A stretch of DNA of 62,363 bases, counting the filler, from Gonapodya sp. JEL0774 (Eukaryota), in assembly GCA_027604505.1 (NCBI GenBank). It is 11 parts of 11 records of this genome, joined end to end, with 100 filler letters (N's around TTAATTAATTAA, not from the genome) between each part and the next. Parts side by side here need not be neighbours in the genome. Positions count along the whole stretch, not along the records: positions 22,813 to 28,410 come from JADIIX010000698.1; positions 28,511 to 34,096 come from JADIIX010000699.1; positions 34,197 to 39,776 come from JADIIX010000700.1; 8 more parts are not named here. One strand, written 5' to 3'. Position 1 is the first letter of the stretch. Every line of letters starts with the position of its first letter. A model generated the notes under the pieces. That model searched no databases. It saw only the letters and a list, made by a program, of their open reading frames with translations, and had not been told where the DNA came from. The position numbers were made by a program, and so were the translations under genes. Shown in pieces: positions 24,124 through 36,234 of this stretch.

Positions 24124-26659
24124 TTAGTAACCATGACTGGAGAGGAACTCTGCCCAAATCCGGTCTTCCTCCTCCTTGTCAATGGTGCGGATCCCGCTGG
24201 TTGTGAGGAGGCGGAGCTTGCCATACCGGACACGGATGATCTCTCCGGGGAAGCGGGGGAGAAGTCTGAACACAAGAAAAAAGGAAATAATTGAGTATTC
24301 GAATTCAAGATCGATAGCATATACAAACAACGAGTCTCACCTGTCGCGAATGTTGGTCCTGATAAAGATGGTGTTGATGAAACCAATGCAGATGATCGGA
24401 AGGATCCAGTAAAAGTTCACGTTGTACACGTGAGAGTCAGTCTTGCTGCCATACGCAGCGACTTGACCGTTCAAGATCTGGTTGTCTGGAAAGGGTATGG
24501 GGAAGAGGCACAAGTAAGTCCCAGATGTTGCGAAGCACAGAGATACTGTAGACTCACATCCGAGACCAATGATACCACCAATGGACCAGGTGCAGAGAAT
24601 AACGCCGTGAGTGGCACCTGTGTTACGGGCACCAAATTGGTCGGACAAGAAGGCGGGGATGGCTCCAAACCCAGCACCGTAGCATGCGACGAGAGCGAAG
24701 ATGCAGACGAGGAAAGCAGCGTAGTTGCCAGCGACGAAGACAGATGGGAAGGATGCGCAGACGACAATTTGGACACCGAGGATGAGCAGGTAGACTGCTT
24801 TGCGGCCGATTTTGTCGGAAAGGAGGGGAATGGCGACACGTCCGAAAGCGTTGAAAACGGCAAAGATGGCGTTGACGGTGGAGGCTTCCGTGGCGGTCTT
24901 TCCGAACTGGTTCTTGACCTGTCGAACAGAAGAAGAGAGAGGCCGGTTAGAAAGATTGTATGTGCAGTCCAGAATCCAGCCAAAAGATAACGTACCATGT
25001 CTTGGAGCTTCGAAGTGGTAGTGAGACCGAAGAGGGCATTGCAGAACAGCATAATGAACATCATTCGGAACTCCCAAGACATGATCGCATCGACCAAGTT
25101 CATGGAGTTGAGAATCTGGAGCGGGTCCTTGGTTCCAACTGCCACGGTGGCATCAGCAGCGGGTGCGGCCTCGACTTTGGCATCCACTGCCTCGCCCTCC
25201 TTCTTGTCCGAAGAGTCGATGGGTGCGCTATCCTTGGTCAAGTTCATTCCTTCAGTGCCACGAATGGTGTCGACAGTGACGCCCTTGATCGAGTAGCCCG
25301 GGGGAGTAACTCGCAGGATAGGAGTCATGACCAAGACGACGCATAGGTAGATGCAACCGAGAATGAAGAAAGTGTTGCCAACACCGTACGAGGCGATCAG
25401 AGACTGTAAGAGTAGCATCGGAACGGAAATAGTGAGAGCGAGGTTCTACGTGGCTGGATTCACTGATCAAGCTCTCACGTTTTGCGCGTAGGAGGCAGCA
25501 AACGAGCCAAGACCGAATCCAGCGACAGCCAGACCAGAGGCGAGTCCACGCCAATCAGGGAACCATTTCTGGAGAGGAGAGACGGGGGAAATGTAGCTGG
25601 AGAGACGGACGGAATGAGCGAACTTTGTAAAGCCACAAGCACGACTGGTACGACTGTTGCACAAACTCACGCAATACCGAGACCGCAACCACCGAAAAAG
25701 CCGTAACCAATGTACAACAGCCACAGTTGTTTTGAAGCGATAGCGATACCGGCAAACATGTGTGCGAGGAAGTAGCCAGTGATACCGAGAAGAGCACCGG
25801 AACGGGGACCGACACGTTCCATCCAGGGACCGAGTACAGCAGCGGTGGGGCCGAAGAAGGCAATGGCGATGTAGAAGGTGTTTGGTGCCTGACCAGCTGT
25901 TGGCGACGTATTTTGAAAATGAGTTGAATATATGCACAGGGTGAAAAAATGAAGAATGTTGGCATGGATCGAGACACTCACCGGCGCTGTTACCAGCGAT
26001 AGCAGTGTCGATTGCGGCATTGTATCCAGACCAAGCGTAGAAAGATCCCACACAGAGTTGGATCTGTAAATGGGTTGCGGAAACCAATCGATCGAAAGGT
26101 TAGAATGGGCTCAGGGTTATGGCAGGATATTATAGTGGGCGGTAAACTCACAATGACTGCAGCCGGCATCATAAACCATCGGTTGAATCTGTTTAGAAGA
26201 TTTCGAGGGTGAACGGGATGAGTACACAGGGATCCGAGAAAACGGCGGACGTGAACTATGACTCACGGCACTCGAAGGATGTATCCACCAGGAATGACAA
26301 ACTTTCCAAAGACATTGATGGGAGGAGGAAACTCGAGGTACTTATCCCGCTCAATAGCATCTGGAGCTCGGACAACCTTTGTTTGGCTGGATGAGAGAGA
26401 AAAGGAAATGTCAGGGAGGATCAGGTAATGGACCGAGGGAGCTAGCAGTGGCAAAAACGAGCCAGCGAGAGGGATAACTCTTCTTCGTCTGTCCTCCCAA
26501 TCAGTTTCTAGCTGGAAACACGTGTGTCGGCTGTTCAAACCCAATGGCGCCGGCCAGCGGGACTGATTGACGCCCGTCGAGCGGGAAGAGGATCTTGCCG
26601 GGGAAAGAAGCAGCAACTCACTTCCAGTGGTTCAGTATTCTCTCGCGAATTGCCACCAT
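24124..26659 (-). CDS. MFS transporter, oxalate:formate antiporter (OFA)-like, multi-exon
   Basis: [84 protein letters not shown]; many hydrophobic helices. Confidence 0.9.
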
Positions 26660-28276
26660 GTCTGAGCTTTCTGTCTTTGAAAGTTTCTTCGCGAGAAATA
26701 CGAACTGGGGTTTGGGATCTGCCCTTTTCAACTCTTTCTGGGTGACAAGTGTTTTCGTGGCGCAGCGGACGCCACTGAGCGCCAAGGGTCCCCCAAGCCG
26801 TGATGTAACGAGAACAAAGTTTCATTGGCAGCCGTGAGAGATACCAAAAGATTATACATGTTGATGCACAATTAGTTCTGCCATAAACGATGCATTCAGA
26901 CTGGTGGCGATTGCCTTTGTTCTTTGTATCTCCAAAATTGGATAAAATCGGAACGCCAAGGGCAAGAAATAGATTGTCCCTGGCAGGGGAAACTGATTCC
27001 GTATCCAGCCATTTGTACATTCAAAGTATTGCCATTTGCTTACTGGTGAAACTACTTGAGCAAAAGCCCGCACCAACGAATAAACCCCTCCTCCGATGAG
27101 GTGACGGATCATGCCTGACCTGACGTGGAAATGTTCCGTGATGAGTGATAAATACTTTCTGATAAGACCACAGACAATCTGGAGCCCCACAACAAAAGAC
27201 GGTAAGTAATGTTTTGATGGGGGACGATGCTCTGTCATCAGCTGTGAATTGTGTCACGGCTTGGCCTCGGCACTCACCGAAACCTGATCCTCAGGCAGAA
27301 GCAACGCGGAGCCATTGAGAGTCCGGCGTGAGAAGGTATCTTGCGCCGTGTGTGAAGTCGTGCTTTGAAAGCACTTCTATCTACCATGGTTTTTGCTGTT
27401 TTGCGGACGTGATGGTGGATCATGAGCAGATTGGATTTACCTCGGTTGGTGCGTGTTGCAGCCAAGCAGCCTGAATCTGACTCATCTCATCAGTCATGAA
27501 CAGCTCGCACGTCATCATCAACTTCAATAGCTCGGTACGTGCTATGTTTTCCTTTCTCCAGCTTGTGTTTCGAGCAGAGCTTGGTACCACCAGGCATATG
27601 ATCCAATGAAACTAGAGAGTTCACTTCCATTTTCCATTGGCCCTATAAAGTGGAGCCGTTCTATGATCAGAGCAAGTATTCGAGCACAATTTTGCTCGCG
27701 AGGTATTTTTTCGTGTGTTTGTGTTTGTGCATTTCGGATCGATAAGTGATAACCATGAAACTAGACGCTGGAATACTTTTGCGAACTCCCTCCTGCCAAT
27801 AACTGTTGTTGTCGACACGGAAATAGTCTATCCCATGAAGATGGGGTTAATTGCGGAAAGGTCAAAGGTTGGTTTCAATTTCATAATCTTGCGTGATGGG
27901 GCAGTGAAGCTTGTTGTCGATGCATTTGCATGAGACCGTCAACTCCCATTGCGAAATTGACCGGTCTGGTAAGCATCCTCGCTAATCACTACACCGTTTC
28001 TGCTCTGGCCTACGCGAAGAAATGCCGAGGCGCGCATAGCTGGTTTCATTCCTGTGTCTGCTGCATTGACAGACGTCAGCAATTGCCTTTCCCCGTGGAA
28101 TTCATCACTCATCGACGGGACTCCGATCGAAAATCAGTGATTCCACGATCGCATCGTCCGCATCAAGAATCTCCGCCGCTAAATTGGTTTCCTTTGGAAC
28201 CCAGTCGCGCTGCTCAGTCTATTCGAACCAAGCCAGCAGGACTGCCCATCTTCTATCCCCATTTCATTCCCGAACC

Positions 28277-28410
28277 ATGTCGTCCCACACACCCAAGGCC
28301 ACTTTCACCAACCGCCTTGCGTCGGAAAAGTCTCCTTACCTCCTCCAGCATGCGAACAACCCCGTGGATTGGTACCCGTGGGGTGAAGAAGCGTTCGAGA
28401 AAGCAGAGAA
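28277..28410 (+). CDS. SPATA20/YyaL-like (DUF255 thioredoxin-domain) protein, N-terminal fragment
   Basis: [33 protein letters not shown] is the characteristic N-terminal motif. Confidence 0.9.
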
Positions 28411-28510
28411 NNNNNNNNNNNNNNNNNNNNNNNNNNNNNNNNNNNNNNNNNNNNTTAATTAATTAANNNNNNNNNNNNNNNNNNNNNNNNNNNNNNNNNN
28501 NNNNNNNNNN

Positions 28511-30755
28511 TTTAAGCTGCATCGAATGCCGGTACCACGGCCAGGACAGGTTCTTGGATTGGTGGGAACGAACGGAATTGGGAAATCTACCGCGCTCAAA
28601 ATTTTGTCGGGCAAGCTGAAGCCCAACTTGGGAAGGTTTACTGTGAGTGAGCAATGAAAGATTGTAGAATATGCGTAGACCCTCTCTTGAGCTACTGGGG
28701 GACTGGAGGCTCGTTCATCCGCGACTGAACTGATGGAACTTCTGTTCTCCCTCCTGGGCAGAATCCTCCGGACTGGGAAGATGTTCTCAAATACTTCCGT
28801 GGCTCGGAACTGCAAAATTACTTTACCAAGATCCTCGAGGACAACTTGAAGGCTATCATAAAACCCCAGTACGTAGACCATATTCCCAAAGCAGTTCAAG
28901 GGAACGTTGGTACTGTTTTGATGGGAAAGAGTGAGACTGGAAACAAAGACGAAGTGATTCAACGATTGGGTGAGTGGTCTCTGTGTCTTTAGTGCGATGA
29001 TGAAGTAACCTCACAACATCTTTGCCCAGACTTGACCGACGTTCTGGAACGGGATATCGGTGCTCTCTCCGGGGGGGAGCTTCAACGATTCGCTATTGCC
29101 ATTGTGGCCGTACAGAAGGCTGATATGTGAGTAACTAGCGCCATACTTCCCAACTTTCTCAAATCCATGAAGATGGACATCATGGAACTTCCCCTCACCC
29201 CATTTAGTTTCATGTTTGACGAACCTTCATCGTACCTCGATGTGAAACAGCGTCTCAACGCCGCGCAGATCATTCGCTCATTAGTGCGACACGACAAGTG
29301 AGTCAGCCCATCCTTCGTCCCCCCACGTCTGGTCAACTCCATCCCCGCCAACAGCTTCATCATCGTCGTGGAGCACGATCTCTCTGTCCTCGACTACCTT
29401 TCGGACTTCATTTGCTGCCTCTACGGTGTTCCCTCCGCGTACGGTGTTGTCACCATGCCCTTCTCGGTCCGAGAAGGCATCAACATTTTCCTCGACGGTG
29501 TAATCCCAACGGAAAACTTGCGGTTCAGGGATGAAAGTTTGACATTTAGGATGGTGGAGAATGCGGACGAGTTGCTACACGATAAGATGAGGAGGTATAG
29601 ATATCCTGCCATGTCAAAGACGCTCGGTGAGTTATGATTATCCGAGAATGGTAAATCCATTCTCGGTGAAGTACCTCATGCGAGATCGACGATGTCAGGT
29701 TCCTTCCACCTGGACATTGATGCCGGAGAATTCACTGATTCGGAAATTCTCGTGATGCTTGGTGAGAACGGAACAGGGAAGACGACTTTCATTCGGATGA
29801 TGGCTGGAGGTGAGTACGATTGATGGTGATAAAAAACTGACATCCGTGGTTCTCGAATCGATGTTGACGATGTGTTTGGACTGCTGCACAGGCCTACAAC
29901 CGGACGGTGAGAACAACTTGCCCGATTTGCACGTGTCGTACAAACCACAAAAGATCAGCCCGAAGTTTGAGGTGGGCTGTCAATATTTCCTGTAGAATTC
30001 AGCTCTCTTGTCTGGCCTCTGCTGACTTTCGATCGCGATCGTTCAAATTACAAACAGGATTCGGTTCGCATGTTGTTCCTCAAGAGGATCAAGCAAATGT
30101 TCATGCACCCCCAATTCAACACCGACGTGCTGAAGCCGCTGAATATCGAGAGCATCATCGACCAATCTGTGAGCCACTTCCGTCCGCTCAGTTTTGCATG
30201 TCGAGCATGCTGAACGTTGACTATTCTCTCGGCCAGGTTCAAACTCTCTCTGGTGGAGAACTCCAACGTGTCGCTATTTGCCTCTGTCTGGGCACTCCTG
30301 CTGAGATCTACCTCATCGATGAGCCGTCAGCGTATCTCGACTCTGAGCAGCGTATCATCGCCGGCAAGGTCATCAAGCGGTTCATTTTGCATTCGAAAAA
30401 GACCGCGTTTGTGGTCGAACACGATTTCATCATGGCAACATATTTGGCAGATCGAGTGATTGTGTTTGAGGGCACGCCGAGTATACAGGCAAAGGCGAAC
30501 GCGTAAGTTGTTGATCTCGATACCCCTCAACATCAGCGCGGTCAATCACAAGGTTAAAACACACAACTCGGTCGCAATTCCATCTCCAGACCACAAACCC
30601 TCCTCACCGGTATGAACAAGTTCCTTCAATCATTGGGCATTACCTTCCGTCGCGACCCCTCCAACTTCCGCCCGCGAATCAACAAAATGGATTCTGTAAA
30701 GGACAAGGAGCAAAAAGTCAGCGGGAACTACTTTTTCCTCGAGGAAGCAGCGTGA
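28511..30755 (+). CDS. RLI1: ABCE1/RLI1 ribosome-recycling ATPase, 5'-truncated, multi-exon
   Basis: [86 protein letters not shown]...[11 protein letters not shown]. Confidence 0.96.
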
Positions 30756-33700
30756 AATGGATGTCAATGTGCCCGAATCGACCGATCGCCTTGAATTTGG
30801 AGACAGCTACGAGCCTGTTGACAGCAGTATTCCTGCACTTTGCCATGACGGTTTGATTGTAGGCAACAGAGATGGGTGCGAGCAATCGAGCTGAGCCCAA
30901 TCGGAAACGCCATTACTTTCATGTACATTTTGAATCATATCCGCTTCCTTCCAGGAACAGAATATTACATAACACCAAACACTCACCGCCTATGAACTTT
31001 TACATCACATGAATTTACAAAAGTGGTGTCGCTTACGGCTTCAATGCTCAACCTATTTCCTCGCGGCAAACAATGAGCTCATTGACTGTGTGTACGCTGT
31101 GCTGATGCTACTACATTTTGTTTGAGTCTGCATAAATTTGGTGTAAATGTTTAAAGACAGATATGCTAGGAGAGGTTGAACCTGTCGCTAGTCGCCTATA
31201 AGCAACTTAGAGATGGGTATGCTGTCCCGTTGACTGTACGCCTCCGTTCGTCCAGCATGTGATTCCGAGATGATTCGCCAGAATTGAAGCGTTTCGTAGT
31301 TCTAGAGCAAGCACTCCGAGAGAGAGGGGGGGACCTCTCGGGGAATTCAAAAAGAGCAAAGTTTGATGTGACTAACCTGTGGTGAGCGCCCGAAGCCAGC
31401 CGGAGGGGTGTATTCAGGTAGAGAATTGTTGTAACCGTAGTGAGCCATAGAGGCCGGCGAGGGGTGAAATTGGGTGTGCAACTGATGAGGCTTTTAGAAC
31501 TTTTCCAACACAAACACATTGACTTACTCATCAAGGTGCTCACGCCATCTTTATTGAGTTCATTCTTTTTTTCACGTCTCACCAACCTTGTGTGAGTCGC
31601 AGCTCATACAGGAACGGTGGTTTGAACCCTTGTACTTTGAGCCGGCTCCCGGGGGTGTGGTTTCCCATATGCGGCAGCCACGAATGGATCAAATCCAGTA
31701 TGATTATTGAGGATGTCGACAGTAGATGCGTGTTTGGGCTTCCTTGTGTGGTGGCCATTACTCTAGCAACCTCCATGAAATATGGGGTCTGACGTCATCA
31801 TCATCGCTGCGCTGTGACCCTGCATTGCATTACGAACCTCCTTTACTTCAGTCTTAAATTTTGAAATGGCAATGAATGTCGCTCTTTCATTTCTGTCCCG
31901 ACCTTAATTGATCACTTCGACTCCATGTTAGAGAGATCGTGGCGAGGCAAATTCACCAATAGGTGGCCGAAGTTATCGGATCTTTGCTTGTCGCTTGACG
32001 CAATGTATAATGTGAGAACGGATGATCCAGATTCCAGTCTTGAATTTTCTCAAACTTCTTTAATGTTTCTCCCGCATGCAATGCAATGAATGGTTTCTTG
32101 CGTATCCAGTGTTCCCCATTTGTGTATACGTACCCAAGCATGCGCGACAGATGCCTCATCTGGGTAATCATGTCCGACCACTACAAAACTTGCGCTCTTT
32201 GGGATGCTCGGTGACAAGGTATTGCCGTATCCCTCACTTCTCCGATCTCTTCATCCTCTCCCCATTCAAACTGTCCTGTGGTCCCGCTTGCACTTTAATC
32301 AAACTGTGCTTCTTTGCCGCTTCAGTCTTACGGCTTCATGCGTTTAATTTGTTCAACGGGTAGGGGAGGAGACCTGCACATGGAAATCGTGGCCTTGGCA
32401 GAATGTTCTTACGATGTGAGGTTTTTGGAAGGTGAATCACCGTGGCAGCGCACCTTCGAATCTCCCCGCCGGGTACGTGTGTGATTGTTTTGTCGGGGAG
32501 AGAGCATCCGTTCACCGTCCTACAGACAGACATCCAACTGACGGGATGGGTTGTATCGGAGTATGTTGGGGTGCGTGCCACCGCCGTCAATACATCAACG
32601 GAGCAGGGTGCAAGCAAAGAGCTATATCATTGAATTTTGGTGCGCGATACGATTCTTGTTCTAACCCTCAGTGTAGACTGTAGGCACTGCGGAGACTTAT
32701 TTTCACTGGTCCAGTAAGGAGCAAACATCATACGCACTATATTTGCCTCAAGCCCCTAGTGTGATGCAGAACTCAGGTGTTAATTGAAAGGAGACCATCT
32801 CGCATCCACATAAACCAGCCACCTTTGCTACCAGTTCTTTCGTCACCTCTCTCCCTACTTTCTGTTTCCAAAAGCACACTCGAATCCTCTTTGCCACTTT
32901 GGACTATTTTGTCGCGCACTTGCACGCAGATGCTCATTTTGGGATAACCCATGCGTATGTGGAGAACAAAGGAGAGAACCAATTCCCTGGGTTGTTCAGT
33001 TCTCATTCGCAAATTCAGCCGGCATAGACTGGACTCGCAGCACCATGTCCGTTTTACGGCTATTTGTAATCACTGAAGTATGACTAAGTACTGAAGTGGC
33101 AATCATATGCTTAGCCATAGCTCTAGCTTCGCGAGTCACTTCCACAAGGTACGCCAAGGGTCTCTGCCATGTGTCAAGGTTCCACCACATGTACAAGTGA
33201 CGAAGATGACTGTCTAAGTGCTAGCACGTAGTACGTCCCGGCAATTACTTCATGAATGATACATGTAGCAAAAATTCGGCCGATGGCTGCTGACGTGCTG
33301 ACAGCTTGTGTGGATCCTCATGCTGTCGAGCGCAAAAGGAATCCACGTCCACCGCCACAGATTCGACTGCACCAGCGCACAACCAGCGGATACTATCGTT
33401 CTCCTACTCCCACACCGGTCGGTGTAGTACGTGTGAGGTTGGGCGTGCCCAGGAGACGGTCCCGGGCGCGGGCGGTCGAAATTGGTTCTCGATCACTGCA
33501 TTTCCATGACCATCGTGCTCACTCCTGTACATTCGATTTCGGCCTCTGCTCCTCCTGTCGTCTTTTGCTGTTAAGTCCCTCTCGTCTGTCGTCATTTTTG
33601 GAAGTGACTTTCATGAATCCCCTTTGCTCTCCAATTACAAGTACGCGCGGGTTCGCGGGTGTTTGCATTTGGAGAGCAAGATGAAACATGAGGTGACTGA

Positions 33701-34196
33701 GCATGAAGAAAGAAGCATTCAGAGAGTTTGTGGTCAGTAATTGAATAAAAACGGGGGCAAGGGGTGTAGCCGCTGTGGTCGTCATGTCGTTTCTTCCAGT
33801 TTTATCCGCACCAATTCAATAAGCAATCATTGAAAGTCCGACACCGAGAAACCCAAATCACCGTCTTTGTAAAGCACTACTCCTTATTATTGAATCCGTG
33901 GAGAACAACATTGAGAAATCGAATGTGCGGGAAAGTGTGTTGTGCCGACATAAACCGATCAACGCAAATGCTGAGTTGCAACTAGTTTTTTCGACTTTAC
34001 AAACTGCCAGACTTGGAGAATCTGCCAGTGATTTATTTCACACGGACGGACGCTGTACCGGGTCCATCGCTGGAATCGAATAAAGGCCGAGCTGTCNNNN
34101 NNNNNNNNNNNNNNNNNNNNNNNNNNNNNNNNNNNNNNNNTTAATTAATTAANNNNNNNNNNNNNNNNNNNNNNNNNNNNNNNNNNNNNNNNNNNN

Positions 34197-35942
34197 CGTT
34201 GGCTGTATCACCCTAAACCTACCTGATCGCCCCTTCCATATCCCCTGCAATGCCGAGTTACCCTCAACACAGTCTCGCCTGGATCAACACCATCGTGATA
34301 AACGATCCACCCGATTCTTTTCATGTCCTCCTCGCTTTCACCAAATAGATCCTCGGACAAGTGATTAGCTGAGATTTGGGAAAGCTTCCATGTCCCATTT
34401 CGTGCGTGCGCCCGGTATCTGAAGGGGTACGACCTGTTCGGTTCATCGCTTGAAGACGATGGCATAACACCCGCGTAGGCGATCGTTGAAAGATGGCCCC
34501 AGTAAATTGTTCCAGACGTAACGATGAAAGAGGGATCGTTTGGGGGAATACGAATGGCAGACGCACGCCCAACGCACGTGGATTCTGGTGGAGGGATAGA
34601 TTCATCGTCTCTGGGTTAACAACGAAGAAAAAAGAGACCGCATTTTAGAGTCTTGGATCCACTTATTAAGACACGCAAAATTTGAGATTGTTCACCTCTC
34701 ATCTTGTTTCGCGGTGTCTGAGCGCTTCTCCTGCTTCGTGTCCCACGCATCTCTCCTCCACCAACATCTCTTCTCTTCCAGAGTCAACATGTCCCATACT
34801 GTTGCAATGGATCTCCGAATAATCTTGTCAGTTCGCCCGGGGTACATTGTCCTGAATGATTTTTCCACCAGACTGTTATGCATATGCAAGAAGGATGCGC
34901 TCACTCGCGCACCTGCTCGCAGGTCCTCGGTTGCAGACACCTCTTCAATGTCCCGTTCGGTAATCTCTGCAAGCTGAGCTGTTTTCATACGTAAGTACTC
35001 GGCTTGCCGCTCCTGCCCCTTCAAGTCACCGAGGAGAGTCATTGTGCCGGTCGACGACATTGTCTGAAAGGGTGCATATTCCCATAGTGGCGTGTAGCCA
35101 TTTGGTGGGTCTTGAAGCTGTCGGCGAAGAAATGGAAGGAACTTCTCGGACAAGTCTTTCGGGACGCGATTGAGTTCCGCCTTGATGGATCGCATGTACT
35201 TGAGCCAGATCTGAACGGTCTGTGCCGAAGTGTCGCCCTTTTCAGTTGTGGGAGGAAGCAATTCAGAAAAGGTTGTAACTTCCTCAGCTGGTGAATACGC
35301 TCGCCAATGGACCATCATGTTGCGCAGACGGATGAACTGCTGGCGGCGGGCGTGGCGGAGGTCAGCAAGCTCCTCCATGTAGTCACTGCCATCACTATCC
35401 GTGTTCTCGAACACATCGCTAGCCGTGTCGTCCGAGTATCGATTTTCCCGGGTGTCAGGTTGTGATGGGGAAGGGCGGGGTGGATGAGATTCTAGGTACT
35501 TGATGTCGCCAAAATGGCTCCAATAGGCCGTCTCCACTTCGAGGACGTGTTTCTCAATCTCTTTGAGACGTTGTAAGATTGCTACGACTCGAAGATTAAG
35601 AGGATCGTCGGGTTTGACGGGGATTCTTGCCTTTGTGGTGTTCTGGGTTTTAAGAAGTTTGGGCAAGACTGCGACTGCGGCTTTTACGCTGTTGTTCCGA
35701 GGGATATCATATCTTCGGCTTTCATCGCCGCTAAACCGAAAGGAATGGATCAGGCCACCGAGGGCAGGAAATTTGGTGTTGAGTCTGATCTTGAGTTCGC
35801 TGAGCGATTCTGATGTGGGCACGAGCTCGTCCAAGATAGGCATTTTTCCTTTCAATACGTCAGGAGGGAGAGAAGACAAGACGTCGGGAGGCAGAGAGGA
35901 ATCGTTTATGTATATTGCGATTCGCTGTAACATGATCGCCAT
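34197..35942 (-). CDS. Unknown protein with HMG-box-like segment, tandem copy 1, 3'-truncated
   Basis: 416-codon first exon ends at an AG|GTGAAC donor (~34695) and splices in frame to a second exon (FIVTSGTIYWGHL...FRYRAHARNGTW). YPGRTDKIIRRSIATVWDMLTLEEKRCW resembles HMG-box helices 2-3. Confidence 0.7.
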
Positions 35943-36234
35943 CTGTCGTGGATTGAATGACTATGTCGCACGAGAGCTCCAATAGCAGTCACGACAGGCG
36001 ATGGATCAAACAGCTGACAGCAAGAGCCGAGAACCCTCGAGATGGACAGCACGAGCAGTTTGCGTCGGACTCGTTGCGGATTGATGGCGGTCACGGCAGT
36101 GTTGCAGGGAGCTGGAGCAAGGCCACAAACATCGGCTTTGACATGTAAAGTGGCACATACATAGTAATTCAAACTGATCCAAAACATATTGTAAATCATA
36201 CATCGAGCACTGACCACTCTCTGCTTTAGCGCTT

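Noticed and set aside
24430..25346. Plus-strand ORFs opposite the MFS gene, and similar overlapping ORFs throughout the track
   Set aside because: Antisense or alternate-frame shadows of well-supported genes, with no motifs of their own.
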